Below, in pieces: positions 11,805 through 25,564 of a stretch of DNA of 64,000 bases (the first letter of the stretch is position 1; every line of letters starts with the position of its first letter). Made by a program: the position numbers and the translations under genes. This DNA is from Klebsormidium nitens. Taxonomy: Eukaryota; Plantae; Klebsormidiophyceae. Under the pieces are notes generated by a model, which saw only the letters and a list, made by a program, of their open reading frames with translations, ran no database searches and was not told where the DNA came from. The stretch covers positions 1 through 64,000 of the forward strand of contig DF236971.1 in assembly GCA_000708835.1 (NCBI GenBank), read 5' to 3'.

Positions 11805-14800
11805 ATGGCCGCAGCTGAGGACTACCTGAAGGAGGTTGGGGGGACCGATGCTTTCTCAGAATCAGTCTATGAGTTCCTACAAAAAGAAGGCGACCTGCCG
11901 TCCAGCGTGCCGGCCGCCGCTGCCCAAAGGACTTTACGCAGGCGCTCGTCTTTAGGCCATAACCATACAGAGGAACCACAGCAAGAGGGAGAAGAAGCAT
12001 CAGAGGACAATGTGATGTCAGATGACACAGCCGCAGGAGATGGGACTGCTGACGGCCCTGTGTCAAGTCCAAAATTGGAGAGAGTGAGCGCGCCAATGGG
12101 GGCCCTTCTGGGGCTGGCGCAGCAGTTGGAGAACATGTGGAAGGAGGAGGGGGCCAAGGGCTGGAATGCCAACGGCGGGGATAGCTTATGGGAAGGGGGC
12201 GGAGCAGATGAGTTTAGGGACGTGGGGGTGGATCTGAATGCTGGCCCGGGGGAGGCGCTGAGCAGCCGGGAATCAGCAGAGAGTGGGGCGGGGCAGCATG
12301 AGCGGAGGAGTGAGTGTAACTTACATCCAGATTGGCAGGCCCATGACTTGTCACTTTCCAAGGCTTTCTGGCCATTTATTATGGAGGGTTACAACTTGGT
12401 TTTGCAAGGGCCAGAATGCAGGTTGACTGGCCGTTGGCTTAGAAAGTTGCGAGGTCAAGCGGCCTTCCTCGATGCATGCAGATTCATTGAAGCTTGATCA
12501 TCTATGTCGGTTTTGAAACATAAAGGTGGCCGCAGCTGAGCAGACTTGTTAAGCTGAATCATTTGCAGCTTACCGGTGTCATTGGCAAGTTGACTTTCTG
12601 GCTTGAATAAGTCTATGACTGGGTGTTTGTATCTTATGCATTGAGTTACACTATCTTGCTTACAGTTTTCCTCCTACGCTCGCTTGTCTCTGGACCAAAT
12701 CCCCCAGTTCTTTCCCGGGTGATACGCAGTGGGATGTGTAGAAGTGAGCACGTAATGCCTCTCCAGGTGGAATGAGCTTGATCCAGCTTCCGCAACACGC
12801 TTCTGATGTCCATGTCACCAGAGGCCGGAAAACCACAAGTGATAATATACTCAAGACCGAAAATGGTTGTAAATTCAAGTGCATGGGTCCTGCCAGAGCT
12901 AAACCACCAGTGACGCAGAGACCATCAGGAAACTGGAGGATTAACCTGAAGGATGGAGCTCCACTAAAAGTGAACAACAACTTCTTGATATTTGTCCGGG
13001 CTATAAGCAAGAATATGAGAGTAACTCTGGTGGAGACCAAAGAGGCAATGATTATGTCAAGACCTGAGATCTGATTGCTTGAAGTGGCCGTGCAGAGCCT
13101 TTATCTGAGACCAGCTACCAGCAGATCTTGGACGAGCTCCGAAACAAGGGCCTGTCTCCGCAACAAGCAGGCCAGCGGAGGCTGGGCCGGAGCAAGAGCG
13201 AGGTGGGGAAAGTAACTGACATAAGCTCCACTTCAGATAGTTCAACTTTGAATCAGAGCGAACTTCGCTTGTCTTTTGTGACGCGTTGAAAACTTTTGCG
13301 GACAATCGGATGGGCCTGGTTTTGTGACATGGTAAAGTGGCCAGGGGACAGCATGAGAATGTGTGGCTACCCTTCTTTTCATGTTGACGTAAGAGACGCC
13401 ACCAGTTCCATTTATCCAGCTGTCTTGCCCTAACCTTATCACATCGCCTTCTCTGACAAGCTGAGGACAATGTATTGCAGACTCGAGTTGTTTAGAGGAA
13501 TCTGACGGATGCAATGATGCATATCCAGCTAGCTCCGAACTTCTGCAGAAAAGTGGTCGGGTTACAAATCTTGAGACCTGACGTGAGGAACTTTGATTCA
13601 TGTGTTTGCACTTTGCAGCTGGCTTGCGCAAAGATGCACCAAAGTCGCCATTAAGATCATCTTTGCCAGGTAGTGATCTTGCAATCTTTGTGGAATCCAC
13701 TTTGTCTCTGCTGTTCCGACTCGCATCTGACCACGTGTCTGCACGATACAGCTGGCGTGTGCAAAGATGTACGAGATCGCCATCCAGAAGATCAATGCCC
13801 GGCAGCAGGAAAAGGAGCGCGAGGCAGAAGAGGCCGCCAGGCTGGCCAAGAAGCGGGGCTTCAAGGCTTACAAGGTCAGTAGCGATCAGGACTCTCTTTG
13901 ACCGCCAGCAGGTTTTGACAGCTCATCCGTGGGAGTGCAACCAGGCATCTGTCCACGTATGAGTACTCCGTCAGTTGGTCCGCATAACGTATAAGCTTTG
14001 TGCTCAGCTACACGTGTTAGTGCCAGCCCTTCTGGAGCAACATCGGTTTTGTGCTTGGAAAATGTAGGAAAATGTCATGATCATGAAATCATCCATTCAA
14101 GCCCGTGAAATCAACAACGAAGTAACAACTAGAAACATGCCACCTGAGAATATGTTAGCAGCTAAGCTACTGGCTGATGTGTCTCGGAACAAAACGCCGT
14201 TGACGTCTGCGTTGCGGGGCAAATATCTACTGCGTATTTGTGGATCCAACACGAGCGACAACGCGACCAATTTATTTCTAAGACGATTTGACGAGAATCC
14301 TGCAAACGTGCTGTACACCAGCGGTCTGTTGTAGCCTCATGCATCTGGCCGGATACTTCCCGTCGGAGCCTCACTAAGCTCCGTTCCTAGAGAAGCTTGT
14401 TCGTTGTCTGATTAATTGATACTCTCGTCCATGCAGAAGTCGAAGCAGATTGCGAAAGGCCGGCTTCAGGATGCCAACCCGTTCGACTACTCGGAGATGC
14501 TGTACAATGAAGCCAAGTAAGGGCTTAAATCAAGCTGGGGTTTCCCAGCCCCTATCCAAGGCTCATGTTTCTGAGTTTTTGAAAGTGAGATCTGCACCTA
14601 GATGACAGAACGGGCATTTGGAGTTCATTTCCACGAGAAGTTGGACAGAGGATTCGTGCCTGAGATCAGCTTTGTTAGTATACGGTCACTGAAACGCAGG
14701 GTCCTTGAGACGTGCATCTTCGAGGATACGGCCCGGAACGGGCAAATCTCTCGTGCTGCTGGATAACGTCAGCCTTGGCTCATCCGGTAGACAAGAATTT

Positions 14801-17800
14801 CATGGAGGTTTGAAAAGCAATCTCTGGGAAGACCGAAAACAAGCCCCCTCCAAAATGGCTGGTTTGGACGGGCGTGCAGGCAGGTTGAGAAGCGGAAGCG
14901 CGCGCTGCTGGAGGTGCTGGAGGCGGAACGGAACATGGAGCTGGCGGAATGCACGTTTGCGCCAGACTCGATCGGAACAAGACCAAGAAAACAACCTTTT
15001 TCGACACTGTTTCTTTGACGCGCGTGCAGGCAGATCGAGAAGCGGAAGCGCGCGCTGCTGGAGGTGCTGGAGGCGGAACGGAACAAGGAGCTGGCGGAAT
15101 GCACGTTCGCCCCGAAGGTCAAGCCGTTCGTGCCGCTCTACACGGCGCGGCACGCGGGCGCGCCCGTCGTCGAGCGGATGCAGAAAATGGTGGACGAGCA
15201 GCGGGCGAGGATACGAGAGGTGGGGACGGCTGGACGACTCTCTTTTTCTTGCCTTTGGTGTTTGGAAGGGTAGAATTCTTATAAGGCAGGAGTGGGCTTT
15301 TGCCAAGGTGGTGAAGGAACAAGGACGAGGATAGGGATTCCGCATAACCAAGGTGAGCTTCCTGCCAACGAATGCTCGTAGCGCGACCTGTGCTTGCACT
15401 TGAGTCCTGATCTGCACGATCACAATCAGTCGACAAACTTGAGGTCGTTGATGTCTTAGTATTGATCACGCTGAGTCTGCCTGCTTGGAGCAAGTCAGCC
15501 GCCGGAGAGGCGCTTGGCAAGACGGCCAAGCCTAGGCGCATTACTTGAAAAAGGTCCGGTGGTTCCGCCAGCCTATACTGGGTGATTGCCAAGAAGGTTT
15601 GAGATTTGCTTGCATCCCTCGCATATTCCTCCGCTTCAGTAACGTCATCTTCCTTCTTGTTTCAGATGCGGGAAGAAACGGAGAAGGCAAGGGCAAAAGA
15701 GCTCACGTTCAAGCCGACCATCAGCGAGACCGCCAAGCGGGTGAGGTTACCATAAGGAACTAAAGTTTTTGGCAGCAATCATGACATAGCAGTCTGCTCA
15801 AAACCCGCGCACCGTCTGAAGGAGTTGTAGAGCTACCAGCGCTGAGAATACTGGACACCCTTGCTACAGCCTTATGAGAGTTCTTGACCCTTCTATCTAA
15901 CTCAGCAAAACACATATGCGTTTTTACGCACTTCGTTTTCACGAAAGTAGTCTCGAAGTGTCACAGCTTCTAGATGCGGAGGTAAGAGGCACGACCGGGA
16001 TTCGGGCAGACGCTGTTTACTTTGGGGGACAGTCAGCGACTGTAATTATCATCGTCGTCTTCAGACCGTGACACGCGTCAATATTAAATATGTTATTTTG
16101 GGTTCGATTGGTTAGGTCAAGGATTGCATACCTATGGACTTTTTACAATCAAGATTTAAAAATATATATATAAAATAATTTTTACTTCCCTTTTTCAAAA
16201 GAGACGACTGCTGATTTTGCAGGCGGGCAGTGCTGGAGGTTTCCTGAAAAGGACGAGGGACCACATTTGGAAAAAGCAGGTAGAACAGGAGCGGGCGCAG
16301 CAGGAGATCCAAGCGGAAGCGTCGCTCAAGGTACAGTCGGCCCTTGTATTACATAGTACAAATCTGAGGAAATTGTCGAAATCAGATGGGCGTTTACGCA
16401 GTTGCGTGCTTTTATTTGGAAGGTCTGGAAGATGCAGAGGAGAGACCTACCTATTTCGAAAGCACACCTGTCATATCCTTCCTATATCTGAAGGGCCAAT
16501 CTGTATCTGGTGCCTCAAAGGGTCTTGGAAAGTTTTCTGTAGCTCAACGGCATGCCCTTAATATGTGGGTAGAGGAATTTGGGACAGTTGAGTCTCCGTT
16601 TCAAGGTTTGCCGAAGCACTGGTACTTTCAAATGGCCTTAAAGCAGTAAACTTGGGAGGGGTTCTACACCAGATTTTAATCTCAACTTGTTCTAAATCCA
16701 AACATCGTCAATCCAATTCTTCTTTTGCAGTCGGTCCCGTCAATCAACAGCTACTCCAAGGCGTTGGAGCTCGACGAGCCCGTTCACCAAAGGCTCTACA
16801 GGTACATCTCAACATCGATTCTAATCTGGGTATCACTTAGTCCAACTGCTCTGCCAGGAGTGTTCTCAGAAATGCTTTATCCGGCGTCAGGCGAGAAGTG
16901 CTTTGATCTGCGGCCTCCCCGCTCCAATTCAAGCTCGCGGAGAGACACTCCCTTCCCAGCAATCTGTGATTCTTGACCCACGTCTTAAACTGAGGTCTTG
17001 TACCGGTTGAATTCCGCAATAACTCTTGCACTTCTTCCCCGACGCCATCGCAACTCTTGCACGCCGTTTCCATCAGAACGGTCAAACCAAAGCAGCGAAA
17101 CTCTCGGGCTCAGACGTATGTAGTTTGATCGCGCATGTCAGGAACTGCATGCGATTCGCAGAATGTTAGAAGGTGCCACTATCCTGTATACCTGCCACTT
17201 CCAACGCTAGACACACGAATAATCAATCCAGAAAGGTCTTGTGCTTCCAGGCAGCGGACCTCTAAATTGATAATCGTCACACGGGTTGCGTCGAGCATCT
17301 TTTCTCTGACGCAGCGCATCGGATGATTGGAAACCTTCGGATCCTGTTGATTTGTCAGCTCTTGAACCCAAACCAGAGCCGTGCTGAACGAATCCACTTT
17401 CTCAAAATGCAGGTCGGCACGCTTGAAAGAACAGAGGTCCTATGAGGAGCAAGAAAACCGGTTGCACGGTGAGTGTTTCCGGTGCATGCAAAATCTCTCT
17501 TTGCAACGCGGCCATCGCTTGAAGTTCTTGCCGTGACCGAAGCATGGGAAAAGGCAGGGACATTGAGAGATGTCTCTTTCGTTCAGGTTCTACCTTGCCG
17601 TGATTCCATCCCGACAGGAATTGCAACAAAGCCGCAAAGCGATAAGACGTGGCTCTGCGCCGTGCATCAAGCATGTAAAAAGCGTTTCAAAGGTCAACGC
17701 GAAAGTCGATTCACTGTGTCCGGCGTTGACTCGGAGAAAGTCTCACAACGGCTCGTTCCGCTGCAGAGACCGAGGTTCCGGCCGCAGTCCTGCCGGAAGA

Positions 17801-20800
17801 CGAGATCCTGCAGGCGACGGAGAAGCTATTTGGCGACGAGGACGAGAAGCGGCGGCGGCTCGCGGCCGCGACGCGCGCGAACCTAGAAAGGACCCTGTCA
17901 CTGGCGACGGTCAAGAAGATTAACCAGACGAGCGTCGAGTATGCCAAGCGGAAGCTAGAAAAGGTGGGGAAGGTTTGCGCGTTGGCGTCTAGCAAGAGAT
18001 CTTTGCTCTTCTTTTCGTAGGTTGAGTCTGGTTTGGGCTCCCGCCCTGTGTAGTTGCAGCAAACTGGAAGGTGCAAAGCAGAAATCCTTTCCATCTCGAC
18101 TTCCTGAGGAGCTGTTGGCAGATCCGCGGATAGTTCGTGATCCTTATGCAAGGGCCTCTACTGTCGTAGGGCACCTTTAAAACGTCAACGCCCTAGGTCT
18201 TTAGAACTGGGTTGACTCTCATTGTGAGGGCAGCTGCACGGTTTACAAGTCGCTTGCGTAGGGAGCAATACCGACTCCTTCGTATGCCCTCCCATGTCAT
18301 GAAGTTTGATCGCGTACTGAGCCATTCGGTCATAGATGTGCAATCTGTATCTTTACGTTTCTGCTTTCGAACTCGTTATCAGCTCGGAAGCCAGTTTCCA
18401 CAAATTTGCCATTACCTTCAAACCCCTGTTGGCGATAAGACGTGCGCGCTGCATTTGCAAACTGGATCCCAAGCGCTCGAGGATTGTGGGCGGGGGAAGA
18501 TCCGTGAGTGTTCCACGAGAGAAGGTTTGTTTCTACACTGAAACCCCCAAACCGTCAAACCTGAAACCAAAACCCAGAATCCTGTCCGTAACAGGACGTG
18601 CGCGCTGCGTTTGCAGAAGTTGACTCCAAGTGCTCGGGGCTCGTGGGCGGGCAGAGATCCCAATTGGTATTCGAGAATCGAACGTGTTCCACGCTACCCC
18701 GCTAAACCACTCGGATCGAAAACCCCAGAACGCTACTCCCCAATGCCTCGTCCGTGGCAGGATGTGCGCGCTGCGTTTGCGGGAGTCTATCCCGAGTGCT
18801 CGGGGATCGTGGGCGGGGCGGAGATCCGGTCGGTGTTCCTGAGGCCGAAAGTCTTTTACAGTTAACCCTAAATAGTTGAACCCTCGAATACTTGCTCGGC
18901 AGGATGTGCGCGCTGCGTTTGCGGAGGTGGACCCCGAGTGCTCGGGGATTGTTCGCCGGGCGAAGATCTGGTCGGTGTTCCAGAAGCTGAATGTCTGTAC
19001 CCGCTCCGCACCCAAACCCACCCTAATCCCCAAGCTAATCCCACCCGTCCCAGGCTGCTTAGCTTACTTTACCTGAAGTTTACTTTACCTAAAGCTTGCT
19101 TTACCTAAATCGAAGTCTTATGTCACGTAGATAAGCCTTCAATTTACGCTAACCCTGTATCCCGGAAAGCATAAAATCGTAAGATCTTAACGCCCTGTCC
19201 ATGACAGGACTCGCACGCTGCATGTGCGGAAGTGGACCCCGTGTGCCCGGAATTGATGGGCAAGGCCGAGACCCAATGAAGATTCTAGAAGCTGGACGTC
19301 TTTTACCCAGTCTCTCTACATCCCTGAAAGCCAGAAATCCTTAAAGCTCAGACCCCGTCCGTGGCAGGATGTGCGCGCTGCGTTTGCGGAAGTTGACCCC
19401 GAGTGCTCGGGGATCGTAGGCGGGGCGGAGATCCGGTCGGTGTTCCAGAAGCTGAACGTCTTCCACCCGCCCGGGGCGAGGAAAAACCGGGAACGCGAGA
19501 GGAGCGAGCAGAGGATTCTGGACAGAGCACGGGAGTTGATGCCAGGGCGGGCGGGCATTGGGGTGGACACGAAGGCTTTCCTAGGGTGGGTATTGCAGTT
19601 TGATTGAATTTTGGCTTTCGAGGCATGTTTTCACGTCCGAAAGCATCCGCCGTCTGTGTAATCGACCAGACCAGGTCGGCCGGCGACAAACAGCCCTTAA
19701 GGTAAACTCCCGCTTCTAGTGCCCGGGCGTCGAGACCAAGGGTTTCCTTGTGCAAGTGCTGCTTTGAAGACGTTTGCCTCCTTTTACCGCTGAAGATTGG
19801 TGCGGATAACCTTTGTTTGCTAGAATTGGCGCAAGTAAAGGATAGAGCCCGGGAGCTGATGCCTGGGCGGGCGGGCATTGGGCGTTGACACCAAAGCGTA
19901 AGCATTGCGTTGAAACGTCCGCATGTGCTAATGGTTGTCGACAACGGATGTCTTCGTTTGCCAAAGCAATAGCGATCAAATTGCGGCGACGGGTTTACGC
20001 AAAATAGTAAACACATGGCTAAGTCCTCTGATAGACTGTACCCACGAGTTCGTACGGAAGGAGCCGCTTCCACTTGCTGCCCATTTCTAGCTTTGAACGC
20101 GCATCTCTGACGTCAGCAGACGAGCAGATTGAGGGAATTCGTGGTAGGCCCAGCTAGACAGAACCAAAACGACCAGGCGACAAGATGGAACGGCTGAAAA
20201 ATAAGAGATTTCTCGAAAGCAAAACGCCAAGGCTCCGAAAAATTCGAAAGAAAAAAAGGCGACAAATGGTTTGACAACAAAAGCGTCCTCGAGACGTCGA
20301 CTGTTTCGAAAGCGCACGATGAATACAATCAACAAGAGAGCATGCAGGGACAAGACCAGCGTGATTGGTTCCATCCTTGAGTTTAGATGATCTTGACGAT
20401 TAATGACAGTTCACCCCTTTTAATCCCCAGGTTCATGGAGTTGGTGGTGGAGCATTCTTTGCAGCAGCAGAGGGCGTCTCTCGACGGCGGGGCCAAGGAG
20501 CAAGCCGAGACAGAAAAGCCGTTGAGCCCTCTGGATAAGGTGAGAGGCCGTGCCAGGTTTCTCAATCTCGACGACTTTGAAAGTTTGCGGAAAAGTTTGC
20601 GGGGGCCGGGTCGAAGCTTGGGTTCACCACTCTAGCTGCTGCGAGGTTTTCTCCGAACAGCAGCTCTCATGGCGAAAAGAAGGAGGGTCTGAGAATGACG
20701 CGAGAAGGAGCCGGACCGCAAAACAGATGCTTTCAAAGGAAGGTTCATGAGTTTTTCGTTCCAATTTTATGATCATCTCAGCGTCATCTGTGCTTCTTGC

Positions 20801-23800
20801 GCTCTACTTAGAAGAGGCCTTGTCTGCTTGTTTTAGATGAGTCGTGTACAAGTGGATGAGCTAGGTATGTTCAGCATCCGGAGGTTATGTCAGCTGTTCG
20901 GCTCATGACAGTGTCTCATGGTCCTCGAGCAACGCTTTCTATGTCGTCGCTAAATGAGTCTTGCATCAGGACCGCAGAAGTATGTAATGCTGACTGTGCC
21001 GACGCTTGTTCGATGAACAACTCCTTTTAGATACCAGTGAAGCGTGGCCCGTAATCAGGTAGTCGGAATCATTGGTCGCTCGGTATTGAGCGGCAAAGCC
21101 GGCTGACTGGCCGCATTCTTGTTGTGTTCCAAATTTCTGACATGAGCGAACCATGAAAAAGGGGTTTCTTTCTCAACCCTTACTTAAACCCCGCAGCTCG
21201 CGCGCGACATCGCGCGCCGCAGCTTCCACCGCCTCTCCTACACCCAGACCAAAGTCCTGCGCGAGTCCAAGCCCAACTGCCCCCCAACCCGCGCCGCCGA
21301 AATACGAACGTCGTCACGACCGTTACCGTTTACGCCGTCGCTCTCTCGGCCCGCCGACCCTAGTTTTCCCCTCCCGATCACCGCCCACGTCGACCGATCG
21401 AAAACCACGTTCCGGTGGCAAAGCAAAACGGGGGAGCTGGCGCTGGTTCCGGTTCCGGGGGAAGACGTCCCGCGGAGCCCCACGCGCGCGCAGCAGGAGG
21501 CGCACGCGGACGCGATCCTGAGGAAGGGCGCGCGCGCGCGCGAGCGCGTCGCGGCGCTGAGGACGGAGCTGGAGCTGCGCGAGCGGGAGGCGTGCACGTT
21601 CCGGCCGGCGCTCGTGGCGAGCCCGCGGAAGGTGCGCGCGGCGCGGAACCGGCGGACGAGCGTACGGAAGGTGAGCTAGACGGTCTGAAAGAAAGGCATT
21701 TCAAACGGAGAGACGCGGCAAGGCCGCAATTCCCTTGCCGCTTCCTCTGTACGGTAGGAGGGGGATATCGAGCTGGGAGAATTCTGAGGCTGCATCCATC
21801 CATTCGAATGACGCTTCTGAAGTCGACTTAATCCTTTCAGACGTTTTGCCTACTTCAACGGTAAGCCGAAAAGCCTGCACGTAAAAATCCCTGCTGAAAC
21901 TTTTAGGTCTCATTGGCGCGTCTTCCGTCGGTCGCACAGATCCGTGGGCATACCGAAAAAGCATGAGATCAAGTTTGAATCCTCTTTCGAACAATGCTTG
22001 TGAACTCGACTCGTTCCTTTCAGACGTTCTGCCTGTTTCGACAGCAAGCCCCTTAAATCCTGAGATTACCTGACATGCTGAATCCTGAACCCTCAGGAGC
22101 CGCCCCCGCCGACCGCGGTCACCAAAGAGCTGCGGGAGATGGGCGAATGTACCTTCCGCCCAAAGACACTGCCAAAGGCCCCCAGGTAAGCGAGATATCC
22201 TCGCGTTGGTTATAACTTCTTCCCGTTTGCAGCCTCGCATCTCGGGTCCAAGTTTGCTTGAGTATACGTCGGTTCGAGATAGACAGCGTCGGAGATCTGT
22301 ACACTTCCAAAGGCATGAGTGGTTGCAGACTCCGGCGGGCTGGATTACCGCTGAGAATTTGTTGTCAACGTGAAATTGAAGGCTGTTGTCGGTCTTGAGA
22401 TATGAGGTTTCAGGTAGATCAGAACGTCCGTGCTGTGCGTAGTAGAATCAACACATCGAGCGATGTCTTGTCTAGAACTTGCTCGAAGTCAGGTGCCAAA
22501 TGGGTCGCAGTAAGATGATCACTGTCATCTGTGTGGTCCCGCCGACAGTCAAGTGGGGTCAGTGCTGGTTTGGACTTGCTTAATCGGGATGTTCTCAAAA
22601 GGACCTACAAGCAAGCGCAAGCTCTCTCGGGAGATCCTCGACAGAGACGATTTTCCCCTTGACCGGAGTTCGAATATTTCCAGAAGGAAAAGGGGGCTCA
22701 GGTTCTGCCCAGAGATGCTGTAAGCAAAAGAAGAGAAACAAAGGTCATTGGCGTGACGAAGCGGACACTATGAATGGGTTCGCAACCCAACCTCTTGCAG
22801 ACCTCGTTTCTAGCAGCTCATCAAAGACTGCGCAAAAGAAGCCGGCCCCCTCCCCTGACTATAAAATTCTTTTTGTCTAGCTTCTAAATTCGTCCATTTT
22901 GGCAATCTTTTCAGGAACCCAGCGGCGAAAGCCCCCGCGCTGTTTGACCGGTGCATCGAGCGCATGCGCCGGGGCCACGCGCGGCGGCACCAGCTGCGGC
23001 ACTGGCAGGACACCAGGATTCCGGAGGTCAGTAATCACAGTCTCGATTCGCATTTTTGTGTCAATGTTCAGTGGTTTGAGAGTTTCAATTCTTTTGGATA
23101 TCCAGAGCTTGCAGGACACCAGAAACTTGGAGGAATCTACTTTACCACTAAACTGCCCGTTCTTAGTCTTGCTCAGTCTCCCCTCCAAAACTATCTTCCA
23201 GCGCGCAAACTTGCATCGGCGGGCTTTCGACAACCAACGGCTAAATGCAACCTCGCCTTAGACTTTGCAATCGCCCCAACGGCCACAGATGCCACTGGAT
23301 CCTGCACCTGCGTATTTCCGCAGCTTCAAAAGACGCATTTTTATGTTCTTGCTTTGTTTGAGCAAGCTAACCGCAGCCCTTGCAAAATCCAGCATCCTTT
23401 GGCCTCATTAAAGGCCTGTGGCAAGTTAGCGGCATTTGACGTTTTTTCTATTGGTTCCGGCAGGACTTGGCGGACGAGACGCGGGTGTACAAGCGGAAGG
23501 AGACGCGGACGGAACCGGAGCCGTTCCAGTTCGTTCCGGGACGGAAGCGGGCGCCAATTGTGTACATAGAAGTCATCCTCAGCAAGTCAAGGTGAACGCT
23601 CCCGGTCAATCGGTTTCGCGAATCTGGGATTTGCGACGTCGGAGTAGAGACTTTGGGTAATCTTATCCGGATTTAGCAGTCAAACGTCCTGCTTTTCGGG
23701 TGTTGCTCTCAAAATCATCAGTCAGAGGAGTACTTGTTGGAGAGTCCTAGGGGACAGGATATTGAGGACGGTTCAGAAGTAACACGCTCTACTCGATCCT

Positions 23801-25564
23801 GCTAGTGACGTAAATATTTGGGTGTGCCTCCAGTCTCTGATTAATAATTGCGTGGTAGAGACACGTGACCAGCTTGTCCTTCAGAGAGTAAGAGGCCCAT
23901 TGGTGCCCGCGCGCGAAGTTATGAGTAGGCACATCGGTCAGTGTCGGACCGTCTTTAGACGTGTCGAGGGCCCCGCTTGCTTGGTATATACAGCATTTCT
24001 CGTTTAAGCAAGAAATTCAGCGCCCGGCCTTTCAACCCAAGAACTACCAAGCATATCGTGCCCGAAGCTCTCGCGAATCGTTCCAGGCTCCGCTCAGCTC
24101 CGCTTGAGATCAAGGAGGCGCGAGGCGGCCTCTGATCTGGCCAACGGCGCCCGTCATTCCTCTGGTCAAGTAAATACGTAAAAGCAGACGTTTCACCCCC
24201 GTTCTGCCGCCTTTATAAAACGTGAACCTGATCCGGGTTTCCGGGCTTTTCAGGGTTGCCCGGATTGGCATCGAGCGCGGCGACAAGCCCGAGAAGATCG
24301 CCGCCAACTTCGCCAAGATATACGACCTCGACGACCAGGCACGTGCCCACCTCGCCACCGTCATCCGCAAGTCCGTCGAGGTCAGCTCCTGCGCGAGCTT
24401 CCATTTCCGCTCCTGTCCTCGTTTTCCGCCTGCTTTTCGCCTCCACTTAGTCGGTTTTCAAATGCTTAACTTGCTTTCATCTGCAACTCTTCCAAGTTTA
24501 ACACCCGCACGGGCTTCTGTCCTCGAGTATGTCCTCGTTTTCCGCCCCGCTTTCTCCGTCCCATTCCTCGATTGCAGGCTTATTTCTTCATTTCTTATCC
24601 CGTTCGCGCTTCCGTGCATATTCGCTCTCCTTGTGCGACCCGCTGGATCGGGTGCACATTGCGGCCTAGGACTGCGGGCGGGTCGCGAATTGAAATAAAA
24701 ACACGGTTCCATGCAATTTTGACTTCTCATTTGAGGAAGTTTAGGAGCATGCTGCTCAAAAGGGACACTTTGAGAAGCACCGCAAGAATTCTATCCACTC
24801 CGTTTCATGGCGAGTTTAAGAATTCGCATCTAGAAAAGGAGGAAATGGCAAGCGTCCGGCTTTTTGGCGTCTGCCGGTGAACTACAGTTTCTTAGGGTTA
24901 TCTTGACTTGTCCATCTTCTCGGTGCTATAGCCATCCAACGGTTCGCAACGCAGCGTCCCCGTAAAAAGAGCAAAGGCAACTAGTGTGTTGAGACAATGG
25001 TCACGCCGCTTTGCAAAATCGAACCAACCGTTTCCGCATCTGTGTACCCAGAGCCTAAGGAACCAGATAGCTGATAAAGGCTTCTCGTCATTCGTCTTCG
25101 CTCACACGCTCAACGAGACTGAGAGGTTTTTACCCCCCGCCTCGGCCGATACTTTGCAGGACATCAAGACGCAACGAGAACAGTCGGAGAAGGCCCTCCA
25201 AGAGAACCTGCGGAACGCCGAGCTCGCGCTGGCCCGTCGCTTGTCCGGGCTCATGCGGACGTCAGACGGAGGGTCCGCTGACGTCAGCGGAGTGGAGGAG
25301 AATCCAGGAGCTGGAGTCCGGACGGGTCGGCCGTCTGCGGAGCGGCTGAGCAGGGACGGAGGGACGCAGGTTGTAGTCGGGTCGGTTGAAAATGGGACAC
25401 GTGGCGGAGAGGGGGAGGCTGGGATTGAGGTTGGGACGGGAGTAGAAATTGATGGGGTCGTAGTGACAGAAGTTGAAGATCTAGACGAGATGGGAGAAGT
25501 AGATGCAGATTTCGCGGCAGAGGAGACGGATGGGGTGAGTTCGGAGATAGAGGACCATGAGTGA
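11805..25564 (+). CDS. Large multi-exon coiled-coil protein with an EF-hand pair, E-x-CTFxP repeats and a conserved C-terminal (IVYIEV...IGIERGDKPEKIAANFAKIYDL) module
   Basis: Splice-consistent exons include 11805-12309, about 13751-13873, about 14437-14516, 15034-15219, 15667-15741, 16223-16330, 16731-16801, about 17767-17963, 19368-19585 (DVRAAFAEVDPECSGIVGGAEIRSVF, EF-hand-like), about 20431-20540, about 21258-21670, 22099-22186, about 22916-23029, 23464-23592, about 24255-24381 and 25161-25564. Repeats: ELAECTFAP, KELTFKP, EREACTFRP, EMGECTFRP. Some internal exons are not resolved. Confidence 0.8.
13614..13660 (+). repeat. Degenerate intronic copy of the acceptor and start of the next exon
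   Basis: cagctggcttgcgcaaagatgcaccaaagtcgccatt closely resembles the real cagctggcgtgtgcaaagatgtacgagatcgccatcc at about 13748. Confidence 0.65.
14830..15130 (+). repeat. Tandem duplication of about 150 bp spanning an acceptor site and exon 5' end
   Basis: 14881-14965 (caggttgagaagcggaagcgcgcgctgctggaggtgctggaggcggaacggaac...) is nearly identical to 15031-15115, and the upstream intron parts are also similar. Confidence 0.85.
18430..19465 (+). repeat. Degenerate tandem array of about 6 copies (140-165 bp period) of the acceptor and EF-hand exon start
   Basis: Copies of cagga(t/c)gtgcgcgctgcgtttgcgga...gagtgctcgggga begin at about 18436, 18592, 18758, 18900 and 19205, with the functional copy at 19365. 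Confidence 0.85.
19062..19109 (+). repeat. Short tandem repeat, 16 nt x3
   Basis: Units read gcttactttacctgaa / gtttactttacctaaa / gcttgctttacctaaa. Confidence 0.7.

Noticed and set aside
21810-22045. Duplicated ctttcagacgtt... units; the first looks like a 20-nt microexon (AG...GTAAGC)
   Set aside because: Twenty nt would frameshift between two phase-0 exons, and the second copy lacks the donor. It is most likely a decayed intronic duplication.
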